A DNA stretch of 63,769 nt, filler included, from Globobulimina sp. (taxonomy: Eukaryota), in assembly GCA_003354225.1 (NCBI GenBank). It is 32 parts of 32 records of this genome, joined end to end, with 100 filler letters (N's around TTAATTAATTAA, not from the genome) between each part and the next. Parts side by side here need not be neighbours in the genome. Positions count along the whole stretch, not along the records: positions 45,918 to 47,812 come from PIVH01010816.1; positions 47,913 to 49,807 come from PIVH01010817.1; positions 49,908 to 51,802 come from PIVH01010818.1; positions 51,903 to 53,797 come from PIVH01010819.1; positions 53,898 to 55,792 come from PIVH01010820.1; positions 55,893 to 57,787 come from PIVH01010821.1; positions 57,888 to 59,781 come from PIVH01010822.1; 25 more parts are not named here. One strand, 5' to 3'. The position numbers and the translations under genes were made by a program. The notes below the pieces were generated by a model. It did not search any database, had not been told where the DNA came from, and saw only the letters and a list, made by a program, of their open reading frames with translations. This document shows, piece after piece, positions 46,505 to 59,881 of this stretch (its first letter is position 1; the number at the start of each line of letters is the position of its first letter).

Positions 46505-47785
46505 TTAGCTTCGTCTAACTGTTAAATATGCATCACATCGGTGTTCATTGCCAGTTAACGGCACTCGGTATATATTCTTTTGGTTATTATTTGTATCGAT
46601 ACAATTAAATAAAAAACTAATCCATTGATTGTATCTTGATTCCCTTTGTACTTCGAACAAATGTTTTGGAATCATCTCTGAAGCAATAAATATTTCATTT
46701 TCTTGATTATTGATATCTATTTTATTATAATCCTTTTTACACTCATTCAATTTATCAATATCTGCTGCATTTAATTTGAATTTATTTCCCAATGTTTTAC
46801 CTCTTTTATGAATTTGTTTATTTGATAACAATGCCAATTGAAAACAACACTTATCTGTCTCATCATTTTTATCCTTTTCCTTTTCCTTCATTTCCATTCC
46901 ATTCTCATTCCCATTCATCGAATATGGCGTAATTCCATGTATTAAATATTGCTTATTTATATCCATATTATTTTTATTTTTATTCTTCCATAAATGATAT
47001 GTTTTATTCCATAACGGGCCAACACGAATGTTATAGCCACCTCTTAACGGCAAACAACACGGAGCCAATAAGAATCCGTAAACGTTTTTAGAAACATTAA
47101 ATAATTTAATAGCCCGTACGGATAATCTCCGACACAAATGAATTGATAAAAGAATGGTTGTTTTATTAAATTGATTCAGAAAGTTTATAATTTCTTGATT
47201 GTGTATGTTTGTTCGAATGGGACATAATTTAATTCCAAATTCGTTTGATATTAGCTGTAAATGGCAGGCTTTAATTGGACATTTTGCTTCTTTCGAATAA
47301 TCTTCTTTTTTTGCAGTCATTTCTTTCTTTTCAATGAAGTTTAAACCGAACCAAGATCTGTCCACTAAATAAATACAATCAATGTATTGACATAAATGCT
47401 GATACTCTGGTACTAATTTTATAAATGAGGCGATTAATATGCTTAAAATACCTTTGCCTGAACACAAATCTATTATAGGAATATTGATTGACAATTTATT
47501 ATTGTTTTCTGTTAGTTTTATTATGTCATTTATCATTTTGAACACAAAGTGTAAAACGGGAAGAGATTCTTCTATTTCATGATTAAGTTTCCGTTTATTT
47601 ACAATACCGGATAATTGTGATGTAAATCTCCATTTACTGTTCCAAAATGGTAATACGTATGCAATCGTATCATTTATCAATGTGGCATAATGTGCAGACT
47701 TATATAATTCAGATTGTTTTAGTTTCGTTGGAACATCATCAATAGATTTGAATGTCTTAGCTTTACTGTCTTTTGTTGTTGCCAT
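46505..47785 (-). CDS. SAM-dependent methyltransferase (Methyltransf_32/Trm13-like)
   Basis: IIDLCSGKGILS motif I, LLSIHLCRRLS, LLAPCC. Confidence 0.7.
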   Translation of the reverse strand: MATTKDSKAKTFKSIDDVPTKLKQSELYKSAHYATLINDTIAYVLPFWNSKWRFTSQLSGIVNKRKLNHEIEESLPVLHFVFKMINDIIKLTENNNKLSINIPIIDLCSGKGILSILIASFIKLVPEYQHLCQYIDCIYLVDRSWFGLNFIEKKEMTAKKEDYSKEAKCPIKACHLQLISNEFGIKLCPIRTNIHNQEIINFLNQFNKTTILLSIHLCRRLSVRAIKLFNVSKNVYGFLLAPCCLPLRGGYNIRVGPLWNKTYHLWKNKNKNNMDINKQYLIHGITPYSMNGNENGMEMKEKEKDKNDETDKCCFQLALLSNKQIHKRGKTLGNKFKLNAADIDKLNECKKDYNKIDINNQENEIFIASEMIPKHLFEVQRESRYNQWISFLFNCIDTNNNQKNIYRVPLTGNEHRCDAYLTVRRS

Positions 47786-47912
47786 TTCGTTTTAATAGAA
47801 ACTGACAAAAAANNNNNNNNNNNNNNNNNNNNNNNNNNNNNNNNNNNNNNNNNNNNTTAATTAATTAANNNNNNNNNNNNNNNNNNNNNNNNNNNNNNNN
47901 NNNNNNNNNNNN

Positions 47913-48193
47913 GCATCACCAACAAATAATCCAAGCTCAGCACCAAGTGAACCAACAAATAATCCAAGCTCATCACCGACAAAAAATCCAAGCTCGTCAC
48001 CCACAAATAATCCAAGTTCAGCACCAAGTGAACCAGCAAAAAATCCAAGCTCATCACCAACAAATAATCCACGTTCTGCACCAAGCCAACCACCCACAAA
48101 TAATCCAAGTTTATCACCCCCAAACAGCTTAAATTATTTTTGTTTTTTTGTTATTTGTATTCATTTATTAGTATATTTATATTAGAATATTAA
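47913..48193 (+). CDS. PT/NPS-repeat surface-protein fragment
   Basis: ASPTNNPSSAPSEPTNNPSS... tandem units. Confidence 0.5.
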
Positions 48194-48571
48194 TTTAATA
48201 CGGTTTGTTCAAACACTATCCACGTATCGACATACAATTGGATAGGATTTTGTGACTGATATAGAGATGGAAACAATTGGAGTCGGTGTCAATAGTTTGC
48301 TGTTAAAGTCTCGGTCTAAACAATGACCTTTGTTAACACGAATTTGAGTTTTGTAATTTAAATAGAAAAACACAAAGTTCACTCTAAGAAAAAGAAATCA
48401 CTCAAAAAATAAAAGAAAGAAACAATAAATAAAAACCATAATAAACCCGGACAGATCGACAGAAATCATAAGCACAAAAAGAAAAGAAAATTAATCAAGG
48501 GACAACAGGAAATATCTCCAATAAGTCCCGGAAAAAGATTTAATTTCATTCGGAAAAAGTATATTTTAATT

Positions 48572-49807
48572 ATGGCATGGGATGGTTTCTTCGGATTCTC
48601 TCAACTTTCATGGAATCTATTTTTTGTCTTTGTCGTCGTATTTGGAATGGTTGGACAAAACGTTACATGTTAATTATAACAGCAAAATAATTTTCTTTTC
48701 AAATTTTCCATCTTTCAATCTATAAACATGTACAGTGCCAATATGGTTTGCGTCTGCACCCTCTGGAGAATTGGATCCATATTTTATAGTCACATTTGTG
48801 AGCATGTCAGTTTGCGCCATATTCGCGGTGTTAACCACCATAGATATCATTAAAGACAAGACAAGCTTTGAAGAGTGTAAATTCTTCACTTCTAAATCGT
48901 TTATTCTCCGTTGTGGCTTAATTGGTTTTTGCAATGCAATAAATGGCTTATTCTTAGTATTTGCAGCGCCGCCCAGTCGGACACCTACTTTCTTACAGGC
49001 TCTGTTGGGCACATTTATCATTGCATGGACCATACTGTTCCGGTGTCTAATTCTCCGCAAATATCCGAATAAAATGCAGTTTATATGGGCTGGAGGTGTT
49101 TTTATAGGTTTATTTGTGGCATCTTGTCCCAGCATATTTGGTTTGGACAAAGGCTCCTCATTTACTTCGGCGGCGCCTGGATTATGGAAAATAATGTGGC
49201 CGGTTATATATGCGAGCTCTTTTGCGCCGGCAGCAGTGATGAATGTGGTTGGCGAGGAAGTGTTGAAAGAAACATCTGAGTCGCAAATAGATAGAAACAT
49301 ATTGCAAATCAATAACAATTCGTTGGAAGCGCAAGAAATAAGTGTGAATGTTTATTATTATCTAACATTACAATCATTGGCGCAGTGTTTTACATTGCTT
49401 TGTTGTTTTTGGGTGTGTATTCTTCCAAATTTTGGCACTGTGGATACAATCCCTGAAATATTCGATTCGTTGAAACGAGATTGGAGATATTTCTTTGCAA
49501 TGGATGGTGCGACGTGGGAGTGCCCACTGCGAGCAATGGTGTTCATTGCTTGTTATATATGTTAAGTGTCAATCTGTTGATTGTATTGATCGATCTTAAC
49601 ATATTACATATTTATATTTATATTAAAATGTAGTGAAATTCATTACTGTTTCATTACTGTTGCGATACACTGAAGGTGCGACGTGGACTGCTATTGTAGC
49701 AGCATTAGTTACGCCGTTATCTGGAATATTTTGGTTTTTTTTTGAAATTGAAAAGCATACAAACGTACTTAAAGCATGTTGGAATTGGTATTATAGAAAT
49801 TTTTTTA
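48572..49807 (+). CDS. CRT-like (chloroquine-resistance-transporter-like, DMT superfamily) transporter; introns 48669-48735 and 49561-49633; 3'-partial
   Basis: GQNVTLPIW, DPYF, IGFCNAINGLFLVFAAPPSRTPTFLQALL, LLLRYTEGA...LVTPL; about 10 TM pattern. Confidence 0.75.
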
Positions 49808-50006
49808 NNNNNNNNNNNNNNNNNNNNNNNNNNNNNNNNNNNNNNNNNNNNTTAATTAATTAANNNNNNNNNNNNNNNNNNNNNNNNNNNNNNNNNNNNN
49901 NNNNNNNTTTGCAATTGCACACTGTCTCAAATATTTCTGTTCATAAACCTTTGAGCAAAATCAGTTGTGTCTAGCTATTAAAAAAAACAAAAAGAAAAAG
50001 AAAACA

Positions 50007-51709
50007 CTAATTAATTTTAGGTTTTGCTTGTGATGATTTCATTGATTTGTTTGATGGCGTTGCTTGTGTATCCACCTCAACACATTTTTGTTGTCCATCG
50101 TTTGGATCTATATAATGCAAATTAATGCCATTCTGATTATATTCCAATTTTATTTGAAATTGCACTCTCTGCTGTGACGGATTCGAAATTTTGATAATAA
50201 ACCTTTTCACTTCAAAACATTTTTTGCCAGGCTTGGACGGCAAATTTCCATCCTCATCAAACACATATTGACAGAATGAATCCTGTGATGCGTACAAAAA
50301 TAATTCCAAATGGTCAGCCCCCGCAGGGATCCAATAATCAAAATTCTCTTTGTATCCATCCTTATACTCTTCGTTGCGTGACACCAACGCATTAAATGCA
50401 TTCTCCACAATGGCTCCATCCGATGTCATTTTGCGGCGTAACATTGAGTCCCTTTGGTCATTAAACCTCCGATCAATGGCGATTCCATACGAATATTTTG
50501 CGCGCGTTTTGCGTAATTTCCTCCTTTGACAAATCCAATACAATGCTCCTCTGACCACTGCTAAATGTGGTTGGCGCGGAGTGAAAAATGTTTTCTTTGG
50601 AAATTCTTTGTATAATCTATGAATTAAATATTTTGAATTTGCAAATCCGCCCACTACAATTACCTGAAAACCAAGCAAACAAAATGGTAAATTGTCATAT
50701 TTTCAAACTGAACAAAAAAAATCAAAATATATCCAAACACAATAAAATGATTTTTGTTTTCAGTTTGAAACTGAAAATATTAAAATTGTTACCTTATCGC
50801 ACGAAGACACCATGGCATTGCTAAATAATCCACGCATAAAATTGATTATTTTTATGAATACGGCTTCGTGCAAATATAACCATCCTTTTTTATTAATTTT
50901 TAAGTTGGATCGGCCCAATTTAAATGAACCAGAAACTTCTTTGCTATCTTCTTTATTATCATCATCGTCATCGTCATCGTCGTCTTTATTGTCGCCAGAC
51001 ATATAATCGATAATTGTATGCTGTTCAATGTGTTTTTTAATATTCTTGTACGTCGGATCTTTTTTTTTCCTTTTTTTCTTGGCTAAAATGCTATTTATAC
51101 CAAAACAAAAGGGCACATTCCAAGCGTCCTCCAACTTTAACTCCAAAGGACACGAAAATTTGGCTAACACAAATTCTTGCTTTTGTCGCATCCATTGAGC
51201 CGGCTGGCTTTTGCTCACCTTATCTATACAAAATTACATATTCAGTTTCAAACTGCAATAATCTGCAACCACCACAAAAAAAAAATCATTTTAATTCAAA
51301 TTTCGAATTAACTGAAAATATATCGATCGGATTTTACCTTCAGTTTCAAACTGAAAATAGTTAGTTTCAAACATACCAATGATGTCATTTGGGAGCAGTT
51401 CGGTCAATAAGTCAATAAATGCTTTATCAACATCCAAACCACCGGCTCTTATCCCGTCGCCATGATGCAATTCAGACAAATCAAAAGAGGCAGATTCGAT
51501 TTCAATGCAGGCGGCGTCAATGGTACCGCCGCCACAGTCTAAGATCATAATTTTATCATTGGCTCGCAGTCGAAAGTCCTTTCCTTGCGAGTTTAAGACA
51601 TGAAAGGTGGATACAATCGGTTCCGAGCCCAATTCGCAATGTCGCATTCCGGCCCTACGCGCACAATATTTCATCATTTCTTTGCTCATTTCGTCCCAGA
51701 TCGCGGGCA
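50007..51709 (-). CDS. HSPA12-like atypical Hsp70, 5'-partial; introns 50664-50792 and 51224-51376
   Basis: VPAIWDE..K..M...A..AG, SEP, ILDCGGGTIDA, GGLDVD, VIVVGGFANSKYL, AVVRGA, AKYSYG. Confidence 0.88.
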
Positions 51710-51902
51710 CTGAATAATTTTATGTTTTTCAGTTTCAAACTAATGATGTTTTCAATCAAATTTCAGTTTCATTTCAAACTGAAAAAAAAAAAATGGTTTC
51801 ATNNNNNNNNNNNNNNNNNNNNNNNNNNNNNNNNNNNNNNNNNNNNTTAATTAATTAANNNNNNNNNNNNNNNNNNNNNNNNNNNNNNNNNNNNNNNNNN
51901 NN

Positions 51903-53684
51903 TAAAGCAATAAAATTATATGCTGAGCCTCCAGATATTATTCAATTTACTCAGTTAACACAAGATACATCGACGGCAATATGGGAAATTGAAGGCCATT
52001 CAGCTTTGCATGATCATAAATTTGTAATGGCCACCTTTTCCGAAATACGATTATATCCAAATTGTGGAGAAAGCGGCGGCAAAACAACAGACAACAAAAA
52101 TCCATGCGATTATGTATATTTTTATGATGCTTCGCGTATTCAATACAATGAAATTGAACAATGGAACGGCTATAAATTCTCACCAAATATTGACGAAGAA
52201 TATAAATATTTATTGTTGAAATATGACAAAAAAAAGACTTTTGAATTAGGAATGATTATAAATCCATTGTTAGGCAAAAACGCCACAATTAATATTAATT
52301 TTGATTTAGAAACAAATGATTGGAAAAATATTTATTTGCTACCTTTTAAAACTGAAATTGAAACAAAATTATTATTCTCTCAAAATAACAATGCGCCGAT
52401 TCAATTAATTGCGCCTAAATTAACTTCAACAGATAAAAAAAGGCCAATTGCAATGGGCAATCAACATTGCTTTAAAATTAAATTAAAATCAATATCCACA
52501 TTATTTTCAGATTCAGCAAAGTCAATTTCGACTGCAATGTTCTCCGATATCATATACTTAAAACCAATAATATTCCCAACACAAATAACAATTAAAAAAT
52601 GGAAAAAAAGAGGCTATGAATTTGATGATTGCTGCTCTGCTGGTTTTACATTGTTAAGTATTAATGAGGAAAAAAAAGAGGTGTCACAGCCAGGTTTAAT
52701 GCATTTTACATTCAGCGATGTTAACGCGAAAAGTATTAAGTTTGGCAGTTTTTGTGTCTACTTTAAATTGTATGGCAAATATAATATATTTTATGAGATT
52801 GGCAGTAAACATTGGTACCAAAGAGATAATCATTTAATTTCTTTTGGTGGCACTTTGGAAGCATTGGTGCCAGGAATACAAAATGAGATTAATTCCAATC
52901 AACAATTGGCAGAATTAGAGACATTGGATATTAATAAATGTTATTCAGAGTCAAATGCATTAACAAACAATAAATATTTCAAAGAGAAATCATATTTAAA
53001 GCACAAAACAAAATTTCTACCAATTATGGCCCAATATATTGTGGTAGAAAAACCCGGCGCTGTTTCTTTTGAAATACGTCAATTTCCGGAACCATTAAAA
53101 ATTGGCGGCACAACGGATTGGATTAAAATTTATGTTTCTCGCAAACCGTTCAAAGGCGAATTTGTAATAAAACCTATTTGCAAAACAGAAAAAAAACTAA
53201 AATTCCAATTTGAAAAAAATGCAAATGATTTCTATGAGTTAGAACCATATGAAACAGGTAAAAAAACAACAGGTATCGAACCATTTTCATTTAAAATAAA
53301 AATAACAGCACCAAAAGTTTTGCAATGTTTTGGTCATTTTCCATATAAAATCGATTGGATAATAAAAGGTTTGTCATTAATATTCATTAAATTAAAATTA
53401 TATTTAAACACAGATGTTTCTACAAAATGTAAACATGTACAGAACGCGTAGCAATTACAGAGAGTACAACTTTTAATAACGACGATATTAATAATCCGCC
53501 ATCCATATATTTGATGGTTATCGCCAATGATTTTGATGATAAAACATTTGATGTTCACGACACAGCCAATCATAAAAATGGTAATGTGTACGATGATGGC
53601 ATGGCTGATCCGAAATGCATCGAGAAATATAATCAAAGAAAAGAGGATGAGCTGGATTTAGGGCCAAGTGGTCCAAATGGGCAA
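51903..53684 (+). CDS. Hypothetical beta-strand-rich protein, partial, intron about 53369-53442
   Basis: Over 480 open codons; a GTTTGT...TACAG intron links to the downstream frame ERVAITES...MVIANDF. Confidence 0.5.
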
Positions 53685-54114
53685 TGTATGAAGTTTTTTA
53701 TTTTATTTTTATTTTTATTTTTATTTTTGCATAAATGATTGGGCCAGTACCTGATTTGAGAAATTCATACCAGATTCAAATTAGTATGGCTTTCTCANNN
53801 NNNNNNNNNNNNNNNNNNNNNNNNNNNNNNNNNNNNNNNNNTTAATTAATTAANNNNNNNNNNNNNNNNNNNNNNNNNNNNNNNNNNNNNNNNNNNNATT
53901 AGATTTGGTGCAGCCAGCTCTTAGACAACATGTTGAACATGTTACTCAAATGTTCAACCCACAATTTTAAAACCCCTGAGAAAGTGTCCACACTCTTAAT
54001 TAATGTTAGACAAAAACTTCAAAAAATTATGTTCTTGCTGTCATTGTGAATGATAATTAATTTACGGTCACGAATAGTTCAAGAAAGTCACATATCATTT
54101 ATTTTACACATGAA

Positions 54115-55748
54115 TCATTGCATAGCATTCCCTCTCGGATAATATTTGTCCAATATTTTTTTCGAGATTTTTTTAAGTGACTCCCGTTTAAATATCCGCA
54201 ATAACTCCCACGCCAAGTCAAGTGATTCAAATATGGTCCTTTTCTGATACGGTCCTTGTGTAATAAATTTCTTTTCAAATTTTTCCTTAAACTCCAAATA
54301 TAACTTATCCTCCGTCGACAGCGCCTCCTCACCGACCACAGCCTTCATCGCCTCCACGTCTTTGCCCATGGCGTAATTGGCATACATTTGGTTGGAAACT
54401 GGCGAGTGATCCTCGCGCGTCATCCCTTTGCCAATGGCGGACTTCATCAATCTCGACAGCGACGGCAACACATTAATGGGCGGATAGACGCCCGACATTT
54501 CCAACTGGCGGTCCACATAAATCTGGCCCTCCGTAATATAGCCAGTCAAGTCTGGAATGGGGTGCGTTATGTCGTCATTTGGCATGGATAAGATTGGGAT
54601 TTGCGTAATGGAGCCGATGCCGCCTTGGATGCGGCCCGCTCGCTCATAAATGGTGGACAAATCCGTATACATATAACCGGGGTACCCTCTGCGACCCGGC
54701 ACCTCCTCCCTCGCCGCAGACACTTCGCGCAACGCGTCGGCGTACGAACTCATATCAGTTAGGATCACCAACACATGTTTGCCACACTCATACGCCAAAT
54801 ATTCGGCGGCGGTCAGAGTTAATCGCGGCGTTATGATGCGTTCAATGGTTGGGTCGTTGGCCAGATTCAAAAATAAAACGGTGCGCTCCAAGCTGCCATT
54901 CTCAATGAAGTCGTTCTTGAAAAAGCGCGCCGTCTCAATATTCACGCCCATGGCACCAAACACCACACAAAAATTGCTCTCCTCATCGCCGTCGTCGTCG
55001 TCGTCCATATCGCCGTCAATGCCCTTCTTCTCCTCATTGCCCGCTGCCAACGCGAACTTATTCAATGACTGCTTCACCAAACCGCTTTGCCGCACAATTT
55101 GCGCCGCGATCTCGTTGTGCGGCAAACCGGCACCGGAAAATAATGGGATTTTCTGTCCGCGGGCCACGCTCATCATCGTATCTATGGCGGATATGCCAGT
55201 TTCGATCATCTCCTCCGGATAATCTCTCTTTTGTTGTGTGCGCAAGGATGGAATGGATGCAATGGATATATGGCGATATAATATAGCTGAACTTGCGAAG
55301 GGTTTATAGGCTGCCCACCAATATCCAGGACCTGTTCAGGCAACACAGGGGGTCCGCCGTCTTGTGGCTGTCCGCTGCCATTGAAGATGCGGCCCAGCAT
55401 ATCCTCAGAAACAGGCATTCTCATCACATCGCCCGTGAACTGGCACTGCGTGGCTTTGGCGTCGATGCCGGCGGTCCCTTCAAACACTTGGACCACGGCC
55501 TTATCGCCTTCGATCTCCAACACTTGGCCTTGCCGCATATCTCCGTTTGGCAAGGTTAGGTTCACAATCTCCGCATATTTGGGGAACTTGACATGGTCTA
55601 AGATGACTAAGGGACCATTCACGCCGGATATTGTCTTGTACGCCAGGCGCGGTGTCACCGTGTACTTTTTCAAAGTGGCAGACGCATTCTCGAGAAAGCT
55701 TTTCATTGCATCTGATTCCAATTTCGCTGTTTCTAAACCGGTTGCCAT
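54115..55748 (-). CDS. ATP6V1B: V-type proton ATPase subunit B, intron 55228-55292
   Basis: [71 protein letters not shown]. Confidence 0.98.
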
Positions 55749-56265
55749 GATTAGACAGTACACTTCAAAACTTCTTGGATTTTTGTAGGTTANNNNNNNN
55801 NNNNNNNNNNNNNNNNNNNNNNNNNNNNNNNNNNNNTTAATTAATTAANNNNNNNNNNNNNNNNNNNNNNNNNNNNNNNNNNNNNNNNNNNNCAATAAAA
55901 AAATATAGCATAGTCAAATCTGGAGCCTTTCTTCGAGATCTCGACCAATACGCCACCACTATTTATTAATATTTTAGCTGCACAGAATCAAAACTTTTCG
56001 TTTTATGCATACAAACAGACGGAGATTTTATATGTAAATAACCGTAATACAATACCTTAAAATCATATAATATGATAATGATTATCATATATTTGAACAT
56101 AAAATCAACGAAAAAGATGTATACATAAAATCAACCGCTCAATACATAAAGTATCTTCTTTACAATTATTTGAATTTTTATAATTTAAAGAATCGAATCA
56201 CAAATTTAAATTTCAATCAATCAAAAAAAACAAGAACATAAAATGTTAATATATATTTGAATTAG

Positions 56266-57537
56266 TTATAGAAACCAAAAGTTGCTCTGAAAATGATAAT
56301 TATTATTGAAAATTGTGGGAGGCTGCACTTTCATCCATGATTTTCCATCTCTAACATCCAAATATTGCACTGATTGGTGAACAGACAAATTGTGTGAGGC
56401 AGCACAATATAAAATATGTGGATTGTCCAACCAAACCGTAGGCTCTTTATCAAAGCAAATTGATATATCTTTCCCACCCATATACACATTACACCATTTA
56501 TTTTTATTCAAATCAAACTTTGCAGCAACACCACAATCCGTTACTGCATAAATCTCGTTTGAATTCCATTGATTTTTTGAAATTCCCACCATATATTTGT
56601 TCATATTTACATATTTTTGATGTTGATAACTTGCAATCGATTGCCATCTTGATTTGTTAAAATCAAATATGCCGCATTTTGCTATAAATGAATTCGAAGC
56701 TGTCTTTGAAAGGAAATTAAGTTTGCATTTGACTGCAAATATTTTATGTTGATTCTTCAAATATGCCATGGATAAATATCTCGATTTTTGAGCATCGCTA
56801 TGTCTCCAATATCTGAACAATTTCTTCTCTTTTATTTTACTAAAATTGCAATCATTTGTCAAGTCCACATTGGCCAAAGCTAACTGCCACAAACTACCAT
56901 TGTTCTCATAAATAACTCCATATTTCCTGCCACAAAATACAAATTGATGTGGATGACTATTTTTTGTGTGCGTTTTGAGTGCTTTTTTACAGAAGAGTTG
57001 AATGCCTTTAATTTGTTGATTTTCTGTTGTATTTGAGTCGAATATTTGAATTGAAACATGTTTGTGTCGAATGGATGAAGTATGTAAACAGTAACATTCA
57101 TTCCCTGTAAGCCCTATAATTCCCTCATAATTTCTATTGCTATCCAGTCCATGGAACTTTGCTATCTCTTTAAATCGAGGGATTATGGAAGAGATTCGCG
57201 GAACATAGCAATATGATCTTCCAAATTGGGAATCATTATCACGAAATATAGAAAATTTGCTTACATTCAATTTGTATACATTGTTATTAGACACATCAAC
57301 CATTGCTACATAATGTTGAGCTGTATAGGATTGCAATGTATTTCCATAAAGGGACACTTGTCGCAGTTGTCTATATTCTGCAGAAACGAATGTTTGTATA
57401 TGTGCTATGTAATATTGATGGCATAATTGAATAATTGGTACAGGTATAATTGTTGTTGCTCGTTCTTTCTGTAACATTGACTGAATTTCTTGAATATAAC
57501 CAGTCAATAACATATCCAACAAAACATAATCTTGCAT
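56266..57537 (-). CDS. Kelch-like beta-propeller protein with N-terminal GYI...IP..II.LC..YY helix motif
   Basis: LLTGYIQEIQ...IIPVPIIQLCHQYY; repeats CGIFDFNKSRW, AKFDLNKNKW, VQYLDVRDGKSW. Confidence 0.55.
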   Translation of the reverse strand: MQDYVLLDMLLTGYIQEIQSMLQKERATTIIPVPIIQLCHQYYIAHIQTFVSAEYRQLRQVSLYGNTLQSYTAQHYVAMVDVSNNNVYKLNVSKFSIFRDNDSQFGRSYCYVPRISSIIPRFKEIAKFHGLDSNRNYEGIIGLTGNECYCLHTSSIRHKHVSIQIFDSNTTENQQIKGIQLFCKKALKTHTKNSHPHQFVFCGRKYGVIYENNGSLWQLALANVDLTNDCNFSKIKEKKLFRYWRHSDAQKSRYLSMAYLKNQHKIFAVKCKLNFLSKTASNSFIAKCGIFDFNKSRWQSIASYQHQKYVNMNKYMVGISKNQWNSNEIYAVTDCGVAAKFDLNKNKWCNVYMGGKDISICFDKEPTVWLDNPHILYCAASHNLSVHQSVQYLDVRDGKSWMKVQPPTIFNNNYHFQSNFWFL

Positions 57538-57978
57538 TGTTATCAATTTTAATGATAATTATCTATATACAGAATTATGACACTGTGAAAAGTATAAATT
57601 TGCTAATTATGTTGTTCTCCGACATACTATTAAACAGCTGCATTCTTTGATTATTTAAAGATTTGTATTTATAGTATTTACATTGATTGCATTGAAATTG
57701 AAATAAATGATATGAATATTAATACAACAACAAAAGATATGAATGTTTAAAGCAATGCATATGTAATGTAACAATTCAGGAAATTCGNNNNNNNNNNNNN
57801 NNNNNNNNNNNNNNNNNNNNNNNNNNNNNNNTTAATTAATTAANNNNNNNNNNNNNNNNNNNNNNNNNNNNNNNNNNNNNNNNNNNNAAAGTAATTATAC
57901 ATTTCTTGGCATGCGACATGCAGACACGTCAATTCTAATTATGATTAAAGAAATTAATCCATTTAAATTCATATAATA

Positions 57979-59781
57979 ATGGCTGCTGTCGATGTTAATC
58001 ATTTAAGCGATTCAGATGATGAGTCAATACACATTGATTCTGATGAATACGACGATACTCAATTTGGTGTAGATGGAGACGACTTTGATGAATTGCCGCA
58101 TTTTGCGGATGAAGAAAATAAGAAATTGCATAAATTGATGAAGGAAAAAGAAGACCATCTACTAAAACTAACAGACAATATCAACGAAACAAAAAACCGT
58201 ATTTCAATAATGTCCGAGCATATGAAAAATGTAGAAAGTGAATTATCACATTCCAGACAAATATTAGTAGCGAAAAATAAGGAAATTAAAACAGAAAAAC
58301 GTTTAAATGTATTAGCCCAAAAAGAAAAAGATCGCCTAAAATCAGACAATAATCAATCGGAAAAAGATATTGTTGATTGTCAAAATCGTTTAAATAATAT
58401 CCACAATGAAATATTTCAAGTAAATGAAAAAATTGAGTCATTTCAATTAAAAATGAATTGGAAAAACGAAGAATTACAGCAATGGACATTAGCAGCAAAG
58501 CAAAAGGAAGAGGACCAAATCGCATTGGAAAAATATAAACGTTTCGATGAGTTAAAAATAAAGAATTTAGACATTGAATTAGAAGCAGTATCCAATCAAC
58601 ATACGACGATTAAGAATGAGTTAGAAAATGAGATAACAGAAACCAAAGCAGTTCAGGTCGAGTTGGATAACACAGCAACAGAGTTTAAAAAATTGCATAA
58701 TGATAGAATTGATATTATAAATAAATGGGACGAATCTGTTAAAAATATACACAACAAAGATGAAGAAATCTTGGATTTTGCCAAAAAAATTGATAATTTA
58801 CAAAATATTACAAATGATTATGACCTAGAAATTGAAAATAAAAAACTAATATTAAATGGACAATTTGCAGAAAAGAAAAATTTAAATAGAAATATTGAAA
58901 AATTACAGCGAAATGTAGAACATTTAAGGAAGAGTTTATCCAAAAATCAAGAAGTTGTAAAAAATGAAAATAATGAAGTTATGTTGATGGAGAGTGAAAT
59001 AAATAAAATAGAAAATGAAAATAAATTAATTTTATTAAATATAAACAATTTAAATGAATTAAATAATAATTATTTGAAAAAAATTGATAAAAAAAAAGAT
59101 TTGCTGCAGAATAAAATCAATGAATTAAAAAATAACATAAATGAGCTACATAATACAGAGAGAAAAACAAATGATATCGACAGTTTATTAAATAAACATC
59201 ATGAAAATTTAAATAATATGCTAAAAACTGAAAATAACCTCAAAAATTCATTAATTAAACAGCAACAATCATTGTTTTCATTAAACAAAAAACAAGAAAT
59301 CATACAAAACGAAATCAGAGGAAACCTGGCCACCACAAAAAATTTATCATCCAAAATCGAAGAATTTGACAAACGATCGTTGAAACAAAATGAAAGTTTG
59401 TATTCTTTGGATTTCCAAATACAACAATTACAAAGAAAAGTATCTCGAGCTTCTGGCAAGAAAACAAAAGAAGAACAAATTGAATTAAATCAAAAAATAT
59501 CAATTTTAGAAAACAAATTCCAAATTCAAAAAAAACATGAACTAAATTTATTAAATCAAGTTAAAAAATTCAGCGATGATTTAAGAAATGCAAAGCGAAC
59601 ATCGTCAGATATTATAACCAAAAAAAATATCATTGAAAATAAAATCAATGACATAAGTTTAGAAAACAAAAGCATTGAACAAGAGATAAATGATTTAAAC
59701 CAATCAAAAAATGCATTATTTATATCGCACGATGAATTAAAGTTAAATGTAAATAAAATAAAAGATAATTTAAAAGAAATT
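57979..59781 (+). CDS. CCDC39: Coiled-coil domain-containing protein 39 (FAP59, axonemal ruler), 3'-partial
   Basis: LPHFADEENKKL, KQKEEDQIALEKYKRFDE, ENEITETKAVQVELDNTATEFKKLH, YSLDFQIQQLQRKVSRASG. Confidence 0.85.
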
Positions 59782-59881
59782 NNNNNNNNNNNNNNNNNNN
59801 NNNNNNNNNNNNNNNNNNNNNNNNNTTAATTAATTAANNNNNNNNNNNNNNNNNNNNNNNNNNNNNNNNNNNNNNNNNNNN

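Noticed and set aside
55910-55960. tRNA-like TTCGAG...GCCACCA segment
   Set aside because: No cloverleaf can be formed; only a short palindrome TCGAGATCTCGA
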